64,000 bases of DNA from Octopus sinensis (lineage: Eukaryota), in contig NC_043022.1 in NCBI RefSeq assembly GCF_006345805.1, positions 7,378,001-7,442,000 of the forward strand. Direction: 5' to 3'. Position numbers and translations under genes: made by a program. Of this stretch, positions 12,621 through 25,470 are shown one piece after another. How positions within the stretch are numbered: position 1 is the stretch's first letter; the number at the start of each line of letters is the position of its first letter. A model generated the notes under the pieces. The model was not told the origin of the DNA. It saw only the letters and a program-made list of their open reading frames with translations, and did no database searches.

Positions 12621-12769
12621 TTTATCGTTCTTAATACCGTATTGGCAGGGCACCAATAAATGCTTTGTTATTATTGCTCAGCCTAGTTTAGGGGCGCAGG
12701 TGCAATCAACCCTCCTTTGAAGATAGCCCCAAAGTCCGCACGGACTGCAGCTTTTAAGCTAGCATTATT

Positions 12770-13000
12770 ATAAAGGTGGCAAGCTGGCAGAATAGTTAGC
12801 ACACCAGGCGAAATGCGTAGCCGTACTTCGTCTGCCGTTACGCTGTGAGTTCAAATTCCGCCGAGGTCGACTTTGCCTTTCATCCTTTTGGGGTCGATTA
12901 AATAAGTACCAGTTACTCACTGGGGTTGATATAATCGACTTGATCAGTTTGTCCTCTCTGTGATTAGCCCCTTGTGGGTAGTAAAGAAATAATTATTATA
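12770..13000 (+). mobile_element. SINE family A
   Basis: ggtggcaagctggcagaatagttagc head; core gaggtcgactttgcctttcatccttttggggtcgattaaataagtacc. Confidence 0.9.
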
Positions 13001-13424
13001 TTGTCGAGTAGCATATTCCCTGTTACGGCATATAAACTGGTCTTATGTATATTTAAATAATAATGGTATACATATAAAAGGTCTCGAGTACAGAAGTTAT
13101 CTGTTCGTATATTGGTTTATGCTGTTATTTTAGGATTATATAATAAATGGCAAACACGCTTTTACCCAATCCCTATATATATGTTTATGTATTAATGCCC
13201 ACTTATACACACACACACACACACACTCACACACACACTCTTCTATTATGTATTTTACAGAGAGAGACAGATTAATATAACACACGCACATATATAAATA
13301 AACATACATACATATGTACATAGGCACATGCGCACATACAGACACACACATACTTCGAGACAAAGACACATATAAAATATAGGCTGAGAAGGGAGGAGAA
13401 AAAAATATGTTTGGCTGAGTGTGG

Positions 13425-13465
<41 letters not shown>

Positions 13466-13636
13466 TTTTCTGTTATTTTTTTATATGTAAGCGAATATTA
13501 AAATGTCAACTTATGTTTTTTTAAGGTCAAAGAGCATTGCCTTCTTCAGGCAAAGCCATTAATAGACTTTTGATTGTTCCACTGTTCTTGCTGACTTCGT
13601 TTTATATTCTCGAACTTGAGTGTATTGTCATTATTA

Positions 13637-13701
<65 letters not shown>

Positions 13702-13918
13702 TCCTGCATAGTCTGCACTACCGAGCGCAGCTCTGTTGACCAACGATGTGTTCTGTCGTTGGTTTTCCTATTGTTATATTCACTTCTCTACGTCTGGCGA
13801 ATATGCGGTGTCTAGCAGCGCTTTTTTGTTTTCTTGTATGTCTGTTACATATATTTGTAAAGCCTGAGGTCTTGGTTACGTGTTTTATTTTGACCAAACC
13901 TAAAGCGCCTAAAGCGCC

Positions 13919-14050
13919 TAACTGTGAAGACGATTCTGGTTAAAAGGACATCTATGTGAGCGGGTAGCCAGAAGTAACCGGAAGCGCTCTCTATGGGATA
14001 AGTCCGTTGTAGTTCGGACTTCCGCCGCTAGAAGCCACTTAATTCAACTC
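13919..14050 (+). repeat. Inverted copy of 11363-11494 (mariner end plus ~35 bp flank)
   Basis: 132 bp, about 3 mismatches to the reverse complement of 11363-11494. Confidence 0.9.
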
Positions 14051-14880
14051 CCAGGGATTGTTTGTTGCCTCCAGGTTCCACATTCGGGTTATCTCTATAT
14101 CCACATCCTTGTACTTCGAGATTTTCTTCTTTATCATTTAAATATACATTGCCTTTTATTATTATTATTATTTATTACAATGCCAGACGTGTGTATGCGG
14201 GCCTTTTGGCAAACGTCTACTGCAACTGGAAACAAAACGGGAGAATTCCTTACAAAGAATAAGTCCTGGGGTCGATTTGCTCAACTAAAGGCGGTGCTCC
14301 AGCGTGGCCACAGCCAAATGACTGAAGCAAGTAAAAGAGTATATATATATATATAAGCAATGTAACTGCGTCAGTGACCAAGTCACACTGGGTGCGATGA
14401 ATACTTTTGTCACCGAATAATAAATGGTTAAGTGAAGTTAAGAATCTTAGTGTGTTTTTAACTGGCTTATAATATATGTCTTCCACGCTGTAATTGCTTT
14501 AGTCTCAACACACAAGTCTCAAAGCAACCAATTGTCTGGCAACGTCAGCTTCACCTCGGAAAGAATATTTACATTCCTTTAGGTCTAAAACCTTGGGAAA
14601 CGCCAATCTACTGCGTTGATTTATGAGGAAACTAAGGAAGCCATGACACGAACGATTGTCTTACTTCAGTGTCGGGTATCTGCGACAGGGCTACGTGATA
14701 TTACAACGGATTACATAACACTACTTACATTCAGGAATTCAAAATACTGAGAAAAATGTACAGTGATATCCGCCCCGCTAGAATGTCTGAAATAGCAGAC
14801 GATATCACAGAGGCAGGCTTTTCCAACGGGGAATTTCCAGACAGCTCAACATACCGGGTCAAGAAATTGAAAGAGCAGCG

Positions 14881-14936
<56 letters not shown>

Positions 14937-15262
14937 TGTAGTTTAACTCTTATTTCTTCTTTGTTTCATCATCAACATGCGGCCATGCTAGGGCACAGCC
15001 TTGACAAATTGTAATTAACATTTTGTACATATTCTATCAGTATTTTTGCCGAACCGCTAGTTTCGAGAACGTAAAACACAATACACAGTTGTCAAGTGAT
15101 GCAGACGGACAAACACACGCACACACACATGTATATACTTGTGAAAGTTTGAGCGTGCGTATATATATAGATACAGATATTTATATATATATATATGCAT
15201 AAGAACACATACATCCATATAGACATACATGACGAGCTTCTTTCAGTTTCTGTCCACTAAAT

Positions 15263-15640
15263 ATTCTCACAAGACAGTGCCCTGTGGAACACCGCTCACT
15301 ATTTGTGTTTTCATTGAGGTAGGGCCATTGACCACTACTGCCTGACTTCTATCCTTCAGAAAGTGATGTAACCACTCTCCAAGTTTTCCAGTTATGCGGA
15401 GATCACGCAATTTGTGGCATATCATACCATGATCCAATTTATCAAAAGCTTTTGCAAAATCAAGGTATGTTACGTCCACGTTAGAGTTCTTGAGTAACTG
15501 CCTCAACTCCCAGTCTTAATGTTGTAAAAGCTTGGTCAAGCAGCTCCTACCTGGTCGAAAGCCATGCTGGGTATCACTCTGCCAATTATTTTCTTCAAGG
15601 AATGCGATTGGTTTCCCTCTGACTATCCGTTCCATGACTC
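15263..15640 (-). mobile_element. CR1/L2-group LINE reverse transcriptase fragment
   Basis: QHGFRPGRSCLT, YLDFAKAFDKLDH and SGVPQGTVL RT motifs. Confidence 0.95.
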
Positions 15641-16030
15641 TTCTCTCGATCGCGCCTTTCTCATCCACATGATCCCAATCGTCCTCCTGAAATCGTAACT
15701 CCACCGTTGTAGAGGCCTTCCGAGTGGTCGTTTCCGCTCGCGCGTGTACCACTCGAGGACTGCGCGGGTCCACCGATTACCTAAACTTGCTGCGTATATA
15801 TTCTACGATGACATCCCTCGCGCCGGAATTCTCTCTGATGACCTCGCTACTGATGTGCTCTCTCAGCGAGATCCCACGCATTGACCTCTCCATGGCTCCT
15901 TGAGCCGTTTCCAATCCCTGTTCTTCCCTCTTTGTTGTTGCTCATGTTTCACTACTATATAACGTTGCAGGTAGAACTGTGCTATTGATGAGGTTGGCGC
16001 GGGTGGTCCTGTCCAACCTTCCCTTGAGCA
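15640..16030 (-). mobile_element. RTE-clade LINE 3' fragment
   Basis: Minus-strand translation NSTVLPATLYSSET*...AQGAMERSMRGISLREHISSEVIR...WTRAVLEWYTRERKRPLGRPLQRW. Confidence 0.9.
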
Positions 16031-16039
16031 CATCCCTTA

Positions 16040-16119
16040 TGCCATTATATATATATATATGTGTATATGTGTTTGTGTACGTGTGTATGTACAGTTATGT
16101 ACAACTCCTGAACTGTATA

Positions 16120-16179
<60 letters not shown>

Positions 16180-16686
16180 GTGTGTGTTTGTGTGCATGTG
16201 TGTGTCCATACCCATCCATGTCATTATTTCTGTGTGTGTGTCTTTGACTGGGTGTGTATGTGTACGTCTGTATACCCATTGTAGTCTGTATTCGTCTGTG
16301 GGTGTTTATGTGTATCCGTGTATGCGTCTGTACCCATTGATGTCAATATTTGCCCCAACCCGCGTGCGTGTGCATGTGTATGTGCGTTTGTGATTATATG
16401 TATGTGTGTACACATTCACTACTATATATAAACTGTTGTATATCTGTCTGAGTGTGCTAATTTGTCTATGTGTATGTCAGTAAATATGTGTGTGGGTGCA
16501 CGTGTGGATATGTAGGCATTAATGTGTTCATTTAAGGGTATATCTATGTGTGTATGTGTGTGTGAACGTGTATGTATGTGTGTGTGTGAGTGTGTGCGTA
16601 CTGATTTATGCCTACATCTATATGAGTATTAATGTGTATATACCTATGTGTGTGTATGTATGCATGTATGTATGTATGTATCTATG

Positions 16687-16771
<85 letters not shown>

Positions 16772-17261
16772 GTGTTGTATGTATGTAGGATGCGTGTGTG
16801 TATTTGTGTGTGTGTGTGTGAACTAAATTAGTGAGGATTGATGAGTGTGAGCGGATGGCTAGAGGAGGGGAAGAGAATTGGCAAGCCCAGTGGGGTGGAG
16901 GCGTGGCGGAACGGTGGAAGCGGTGGGTTGGGTATATTTTGGAAATTTCGTTGTTGATGAGTTATATGGCACTGGGAAGGGGTAGATGCATGGGCTGGTA
17001 CATTGGGATGGAATGCACCCGTAATAAAACGTAAAGGTCATCTGATCGCACTTAAAACAGCAGGCAACAAGCACAGATACCCGGGGGCATACACGCATAC
17101 ACACTCATCTCATGCGTTTATATATATATATATATATACACATACACACATATGTACACATATACATATATATACGCATATATACATACATACACACATA
17201 TATATATATGTATGTATATATATATATACATGTATGCATATATATGTATGTATATATACAT

Positions 17262-17349
<88 letters not shown>

Positions 17350-17452
17350 CATGTATGACTGTACATATATATACATGTATGAATATATATATATATACAT
17401 GTATGACTACATATATATACATGTATGACTACATATATATATACATGTATGA

Positions 17453-17507
<55 letters not shown>

Positions 17508-17740
17508 TTATATATATATATACATGTATGTATATATATATATATATATACACACATATATGTATATTATATACATATGTATATATATATGCATATATAT
17601 ATATATAATATATATATGCATATATATATATATATAATATATATATGCATATATATATATATAATATATATATGCATATATATTATATACACACATATAT
17701 ACATATATGTATCCATATACGTGTGTGTGTGCATACATAC
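16040..17740. repeat. (AT)/(GT)/(ATCT) microsatellite blocks around a short unique spacer
   Basis: Directly visible. Confidence 0.9.
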
Positions 17741-17856
17741 ACATACAATCATAAAAAGGAGAAAGGAGAATACGTAGACAGTAATGACATTAGAACGAAG
17801 GATGACGTGATGTTTGTAAGCTGAGGTTTCGTGCGATGTTACCCTAATACACGGTT

Positions 17857-17891
17857 GCCGATCTTCGGACGATAAATGTCCGAAGATCGGC
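17857..17891. repeat. Perfect 14-bp stem hairpin
   Basis: gccgatcttcggac-gataaat-gtccgaagatcggc. Confidence 0.95.
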
Positions 17892-17920
17892 CAGAAAAAA
17901 TTTGGTATTGTGTTGTGTTT

Positions 17921-17962
<42 letters not shown>

Positions 17963-18446
17963 TATAAATATAATTATTATTAGGGTTCAGCTAATTGCTT
18001 CACCACATACCGCATTTAGAAATAGGAGTTAAAATTCCTTTTCTGCTACTATAATGATATCGCTCGATTGTGTGCATATTTAGCCCTAGCACTTTCAAAT
18101 TTTATAATTGGAAATGCTATACTGAAGAGAGAAGTAAGTAAAATTTAAATCACTTTAATCTCGAAACGCGTATATAGTTAATCCTGGTCGTGTTGATTCA
18201 TTGTTTTTCTCTTTGCCTTCGTAAAAAAGTATGTTACCGTCATGGAGATTCTTATAGTAGTAGAAATGGAATTTTAACTCCTATTTCTAAATTCGGTATG
18301 TGGGGAAGCAATTAGCTGAACCCTAATTATAATTATGTTTATAATTATAAAATATTATGTGTATGTGTATATATATATATATATAATATATATATATATA
18401 ATATATATAATATATATATAATATACATATATATATAGATATATAT

Positions 18447-18495
<49 letters not shown>

Positions 18496-18536
18496 TATCA
18501 ATGCACAAACAACGCAATACCAAATTTTTTCTGGCC
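17889..18536. repeat. Long fold-back inverted repeat with a ~185-nt loop
   Basis: Outer arms ggccagaaaaaatttggtattg / caataccaaattttttctggcc; inner arms ~17965-18060 and ~18247-18350; AT microsatellite in each arm. Confidence 0.95.
18117..18177 (+). ncRNA. Type I hammerhead ribozyme with intact core
   Basis: Stem I CTATA/TATAG; CTGAAGA; stem II GAGA/TCTC; GAA; palindromic stem III ACGCGT; GUA cleavage triplet. Confidence 0.85.
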
Positions 18537-18559
18537 AATGTTTATATATATATATATCT

Positions 18560-18720
18560 ACGACGAGTTCTTTCAGTTTCCGTCTGCCAAATCCACTCAC
18601 GAGGCTTTGGTCGGCCCGATGCTGTAGTAGAAGACACTTGCCCAAAGTGCCACGCAGTGGGACTGAACCCAGGACCACGAGGTTGGTAAGCAAGCTACAC
18701 ACACCCACGCAGACAGAGCT
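18560..18720 (-). mobile_element. SINE family B, 5' fragment
   Basis: Reverse complement of gggttcagtcccactgcgtggcactttgggcaagtgtcttctact. Confidence 0.9.
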
Positions 18721-18824
18721 ATATATGTATGTATATATGTGCGAATTTATATATACATAAACATAAGTGCGCGTATGTATGCATGCGTATATGTATGTAT
18801 GTGTGATGCTTGAATGTATATTAT

Positions 18825-18862
<38 letters not shown>

Positions 18863-18931
18863 GGAGTAAACACATAAATGTGAAACAAGGTGGAAAAAAG
18901 AGTACTCAAATACCAGTGGTAGAGTAATATG

Positions 18932-19090
18932 CTTTATTTAAAAGCAGCAGAAAATTCACCAAAACCTGTTACTCTGAGTTTCACGTTCCCGTTCGTCGGA
19001 CAGTTTTTCTAGCAAAAACTGTCCGACGAACGGGAACATGAAACTCAGAGTAACAGGTTTTGTTGAATTTTCTGCTGCTTTTAAATAAAG
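18932..19090. repeat. Near-perfect hairpin, 77-bp arms, 5-nt loop
   Basis: ctttatttaaaagcagcagaaaattc...gttttt-ctagc-aaaaac...gaattttctgctgcttttaaataaag. Confidence 0.95.
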
Positions 19091-19095
19091 TATAC

Positions 19096-19143
<48 letters not shown>

Positions 19144-19719
19144 GATCAGATATCTGTCACTGTGTGTATTTCTGTATGTGTTACTTGTAACAGCGTCTGT
19201 CTAACGACGATGAGCGTCGCCATTTTTATCGTTTCTTCCTTACTAGCTACTTAATTAAGAGAGCGTAGCTGTTGCTCTTTACTATTGTAGCCATCCATAT
19301 ATTGAGCAACAGTTATTAAATCAAGAAATACGTAGAAAGAAAGTACGAAAAACTGTTTGCGATTAACAGCAAAGCGGCATCTTAAGTTTCAGCGAAGACG
19401 ATAACTGCAACAACAACAATAACGATGGCGTCAATAACTACATCAAGGAAAACAATAACAATATAATCAGCAGCAGCTGCTGCAGTAGAAGTAGCAGCAG
19501 CGGCAATAACAGGGGCTCCAACAAGAACATGTAAAACAACATGAAAAACAGGAAATAACGGCTACAGCAGCATAAGTCTCATATGATAACTTTGATCATC
19601 AGCGTCTTCGTGACCATTATCGTCTCCGTCATCATCACCATTCTCATCGTCTACGTTCTCGTCATTGATATTATCGTGAGCATCGGGACTATCATCATCA
19701 TCATTATTATCACCATCGA

Positions 19720-20525
19720 CACTGAAACACTGGGGTCGATGTAATCTACTTATCTCCCCCCCCCCCAAATGGCTGCCTTTATGCTAAAAGTCGACTTCGG
19801 AGGAATTTGAACGCAGAACGTAAAGGCAGACGAAATGCCGCTAAGTATTTCACCCGGCGTGCTAACGTTTCTGCCAGCTGGCCGCCTTTGTTAAAATTGT
19901 GATAATAATAACAATTCATCTTGATATGAGATCACCATGTCGCGCACATATGGTTGTGATGCATGTGCTTGGTGTACCCTTATCAGACGGGTAGTCATGA
20001 TGGGTATATTGGGCTTCGTATATTTTACCCCAGTGTCACTTTGATGGCATGCACTGCTCTCTCACTCAATAATAATAATAATAATAATCCTTTCTACTTA
20101 AGGCGCAAGGCATGAAATCTTGGGGGAGGGTACTAGTCGGTTACACTGACCCCAGTGCTTAACTGGTGCTTGATTTATCGACCCCGAAAGAATGAAAGGC
20201 AGAATTTGAACACCAATAAAATACTGCTAAGCATTTTGCTCACCGTACTAACGATCCTGGTTGCTTGCCTCTTTAATAATAATAATAATAATAATAATGA
20301 GAATAATAATAATATTTTCTACTGGAGACATAAGGCCTCATATTTGTGGGAAGGGGACTAGTCGACTACGGTGTCGCCACTGTTTCACTTGTACTTAATT
20401 TATCGGCCCCGAAAGGATGAAACGCAAAATCTAGTTCGGCGGAATTTGAACTCGAAACGTAGAGACGGGCGAAATGCCGCTAAGCACTTCCTCCGCCGTG
20501 CTAACGACTCTGCCAGCTCGCCGCC
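19720..20525 (-). mobile_element. Cluster of SINE family A copies
   Basis: Repeated aagtcgacttcggaggaatttgaac...cggcgtgctaacg...ctgccagct (reverse complement of family A). Confidence 0.85.
19915..20085 (+). mobile_element. LINE 3' UTR fragment with (AAT)n tail, same family as 55289-55720
   Basis: atcttgatatgagatcaccat...ctgctctctcactcaataataat is shared with 55570-55720. Confidence 0.75.
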
Positions 20526-20619
20526 TTTTTATTACAATATTCATAATAATAAAATGGGGCCAGTTATATCTTGTATAATAAAGGCAAAATAAGTCAACAT
20601 TTATGATACAAACAAAGCC

Positions 20620-21155
20620 TTCGTCATCGCCGTCACTACCACCACTACCAGACCATCAGCACAACAACAACAACAACAACAATAGCTACAGCTATCAACA
20701 GCTATACTAGCAATATAATGTACGAAACTAAGAAAGACCACCAGAACAATTCTATCAAAACTGGCAGCATGGAATAACATCGCCACCACCACCACCGCCA
20801 AAGTCACCACAACAGCAACCACTATTATCGCCACCACCACCACCACCAGCATTACTACATCTCCATCATCGTCATCATCATCATCAACATCATCATTACC
20901 ATCATCATTATTATCAGTATCATCATCGTGTCATCGTCATCATCATTGTCGTTGGCGTCGTTGTCGTCGTCATCATAATCACCATCAGCGTCATCATCAA
21001 TATCGTCATCAACATTGACAAGCAACAGCGGCAACAAGCGCTCGACAATTGTATCACAATCACATTATCATCATCATCATCATCATCGTCGTCACCACCA
21101 TCATCATCATCACCACCATCATCATCATCGTCACCACAACCATCATCATCATCAT

Positions 21156-21191
<36 letters not shown>

Positions 21192-21437
21192 TATCATCGT
21201 CACCACAACCATCATCATCATCATAATCATCATCATCATCATCATCATCATCGTCACCACAACCATCATCATCATCATCATCACCATCATCATCATCATC
21301 TTCACCATCATCATCACCATCATCATCATCAGCAGCAGCAGCAACATCATCATCATCATCATCATCGTCACCACAACCATCATCATCATCATCATCGTCA
21401 CCATCATCATCATCATCATCATCAGCAACATCATCAT

Positions 21438-21468
<31 letters not shown>

Positions 21469-21585
21469 AGCAGCAACATCATCATCATCATCATCATCAT
21501 CACCACCATCATCACCATCATCATCATCAGCAGCAGCAGCAACATCATCATCATCATCATCATCGTCACCACAACCATCATCATC

Positions 21586-21617
<32 letters not shown>

Positions 21618-21810
21618 CATCATTACCATCATCATTATTATCAGTATCATCATCGTGTCATCGTCATCATCATTGTCGTCGGCGTCGTTGTCGTCGTCAT
21701 CATAATCACCATCAGCAGAACTACAACTACCATCTATAACAACAACAGCAACAAGAACACTATCAACAACAACAATAACAACAAAACTACAACTGAAACA
21801 ACATCAACAA

Positions 21811-21843
<33 letters not shown>

Positions 21844-22400
21844 CAATCAGCTTAACTATCCGCAACAGGCACATCACAAATAGGAATCTCAGTAAGAATT
21901 ATATCACAAATACCACGCCACCGCCCCCTCATCCACACCGCCACTACTCCGAACAGCGACACCACCGCGACCGCCACCAGCCCCACCGCCCCGCGTCAAC
22001 AACAACAACAATAAAGACATCAACATTAAAAAAACAACAATAAATAAATAAACAGCAATTATATTACATACTCGCCGCCGCCGCCAGTACCACCACTGCC
22101 ACCACCACCACCACCACCACCACCACCACCACTATCACCACCACCACCACCACCACCACCACCACTATCACCACCACCACAACACCACTACTATTACCAC
22201 TCCCACCACCACCATAATACCACCACTACCACCACTACCACCACGACTATCACGACCACTACTACTACCACTACCACCACCACTACCACCACCACTGCCA
22301 CTACCACCACCACCACAACTACGATCACCACCATCACCACCAGTACCAGCACCACCACCACTACAACAACTACTACAACGAGGACGATGAGCAGAGAGAC
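20620..22400. repeat. CAT/CAC/CAA/TAC trinucleotide arrays
   Basis: Directly visible; includes an ~80-bp direct duplication (20909-20990 and 21636-21717). Confidence 0.95.
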
Positions 22401-22778
22401 GGATGGTGATATGAAACTGCGGAGGGCAGATCGTATTTCTAGAGTTTAAGTCTGCGTGTAATTGAAAAATGTAGGGGTGAATGGGGCCTCACCACCACAC
22501 ACACACAGAGAAACACACATGCACAAGTACCATCACAACGCCATACCACCGCATCCGTACCATCTAACTTTCCCCCCACCCCATTACTTCACTCTCACAA
22601 TCTCGAGATTACTACACCACCATCACTTCCAGCTCTCTCATTCGAAACCCCTTTTTCGCATAGCTGCATCTTCACCTCCTTTTCCGACTGCTTTTCTCTC
22701 TCTCTCTGATCCTCCTCTTTTCCGCATGTAATATATATATATAAGCATATATGCATTTAGCCTTATATATATATATAT

Positions 22779-22830
<52 letters not shown>

Positions 22831-22834
<4 letters not shown>

Positions 22835-23181
22835 TGGCACTCCGTCGGTTTCGACGACGAGGGTTCCAGTTGATCCGATCAACGGAACAGCCTGCTCGTG
22901 AAATTAACGTGTAAGTGGGTGAGCACTCCACAGACACGTGTACCTTTAACATGTGCGACAAAGCTGGCCCTTTGACAAGCAAGTACAACAACAGAAATAG
23001 AAAGAAAGAGTGAGAGAAAGTGGTGACAGAGTACAGCAGGGTTGGCCACCACCTCCTGCCGGAGCTCGTGAGCTTTAGGTGTTTTCGGTCAATAATCACT
23101 CACAACGCCCGGTCTGGGAATCGAAACCGCGATCCTACGACTGCGAGTCTGCTGCCCTAACCACTGGGCCAATGCGCCTCC
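22831..23181 (-). mobile_element. SINE family C with an alternative 3' tail
   Basis: Head is the reverse complement of 42033; tail gttccagttgatccgatcaacggaacagc also at ~42440 in opposite orientation. Confidence 0.85.
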
Positions 23182-23182
23182 A

Positions 23183-23213
<31 letters not shown>

Positions 23214-23214
<1 letters not shown>

Positions 23215-23760
23215 GAGCAAAACGCCCCCGTCCAATGGACGGTGCTGAGTTGTCAAACATTTATACCAAATTTTCTCAAAACAACTTGTCCAACTGTCCC
23301 ATAGGCCTCCCCTTTGAGAAACACTGATTTAACCTAAATTTGAGACACCAGCAAAAAAAGAAATAAAGATAGACTTTTTTTTTGTTCCAAAGAAAAACGA
23401 TTTTATTCACACAAATATGCAACCGAAGAGTTTAAAGTACCAGTAATGTTAAGGCTGTTGACTGGGAGAACACAAACATGGTTTAAACAGTAAGCTTGGC
23501 AGGAAAGAAACGTGCCTTTAAGTAGTACAAAACAACAAAAAATGGAAGGTGCAGTTACGTACAAGTTGACGGTAGAAAAGCAAGACAAAAACAGCTTTAT
23601 CGGTCGCACTTGGAATCGATTTTTGTAATTTTTTCAAGTCTTATACATGCCCTGATACCGTTGGTATCTAACATATCAAATTTGAGCGCAATCGGATGGA
23701 GGATGCCCGAGATTCTAGAAGACACACACACACAGACAGACCGGATTTTATATTATATAC
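23214..23760 (-). mobile_element. Possible degenerate non-autonomous Helitron
   Basis: Subterminal hairpin ccgtcc-aat-ggacgg near a CTCGT-like end; other end cagacagaccggattttatattata resembles the 47109-47500 end. Confidence 0.45.
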
Positions 23761-23855
23761 ATACACACACACACATATAATATATATATATAATATATAT
23801 ATATCTATATATATATATATAATATATACATACAAACACACACACAGAGACATAA

Positions 23856-23893
<38 letters not shown>

Positions 23894-23976
23894 TGTAACG
23901 GTGAGAATATGCTTTGTACCACCCAGAGTTCCGCTTTTGTCGCTGATCATGTAACTCATTCATCATACTTAACGCA

Positions 23977-24016
<40 letters not shown>

Positions 24017-24494
24017 AACATTGACACACTGTACAAAACATAGGAGATCAATTACACGATGAACAACAATCTCGAAATCGTAAGATCAGACAGAACGAAC
24101 ATCGAGCACTATATATTTAACTTCTATTGGGGAATTTTCTTGTCTATTCAGCTATTGAAAAACTTACATACACACACACGTATATTGTTAACGGGAGAAT
24201 TTAGTACCTTCCAGAATTAGATAAAGCTATGAATGATAGCGTGTTGGACACTGGTTTACCTGCTCTCCATGTGACGGACGTATTCAATGTAACGCACGTT
24301 CATCGTGGGGCTGTTCATTTTCCAGCTGAGTGAACTGGTGCAACATGTCATGAAGGATTTTGTTCAAGAATACAACCCAATGCCTGCACCACAAATCGAA
24401 ACCACGATCTTGCGTTCGTGAGTGACACCCTCCGTCTGTTTCGATGGTTCAGTCGTCGCTAAAATAATTATCATTATTATTGTTGTTGCATGGC

Positions 24495-25470
24495 ACGCAT
24501 GACGAAATGCTTAGAGGTATTTCGTCTGCCGCTATGTTCTGAGTTCAAATTCCACCAAGGTCGACTTTGCCTTTCAGCCTTTCGGAGTCGATTAAATAAG
24601 TACCAGCTACGCGCTGGGGTCGATATAATCGACTTAATCCATTTGTCTATCCTTGTTTGTCCTCTCTGTGTTTAGCCCCTTGTGGGTAGTAAAGAAATAG
24701 GTATTTCGTCTGCCCCTACGTTCTGAGGTCAAATTCCGCCGAGGTCAGCATTGCCTTTCATACTTTCGGGGTCCATAAATAAGTACCAGTTGCGCAATGG
24801 GGTCGATATAATCGACTTAATCCGTTTGTCTATCCTTGTTTGTCCTCTCTGTGTTTAGCACCTTGTGGGTAGTAAAGAAATAGGTATTTCGTCTGCCCCT
24901 ACGTTCTGAGGTCAAATTCCGCCGAGGTCAGCTTTGCCTTTCATCCTTTCGGGGTCGATGAACTAAGTACCAGTTGCGCAATGGGGTCAATATAATCGAC
25001 TTAATCCGTTTGTCTATCCTTGTTTGTTCTCTCTGTGTTTATCCCTTTGTGGGTAGTAAAGAAATAGGTATTTCGTCTGCCCCTACGTTTTGAGGTCAAA
25101 TTCCGCCGAGGCCGACTTTGCATTTCATCCTTTCGGGATCGATTAAATAAGTACCAGTTGCGCGCTGGGGTCGATGTAATCGTTTAGCTCCCTCCACTAA
25201 AATTTCAGGCCTTGTGCCTATAGTAGAAAGGATTGTTATTGTTGTGGCAAAGGCGGTGAACTGTTAAAATCGTTAGCACACCGGGCGAAATGCTTAACGG
25301 TACTTCGCCCCGACTATACCGTTCATCTTTTTGGGGTGAATAAACTAAGTACCAGTTGAGTACTGGGGATCGACATAACCCTTCCCATAAATTTCCAGGC
25401 CTTGTATCTATAGTAGAAATGATAGTTTGTTATCGCAGTAAGCGGCGAACTGGCAGAAACGCTAACGCCC
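24495..25470 (+). mobile_element. Tandem array of SINE family A, ~184-bp units
   Basis: Unit starts ggtatttcgtctgcc at 24516, 24700, 24883 and 25067; the last unit ends in the normal tail; one more copy follows. Confidence 0.95.

Noticed and set aside
21015-22043. 342-aa His-rich ORF as a metal-binding or structural protein
   Set aside because: Pure CAT/CAC repeat; the other frames are equally open; no signal peptide or unique domain
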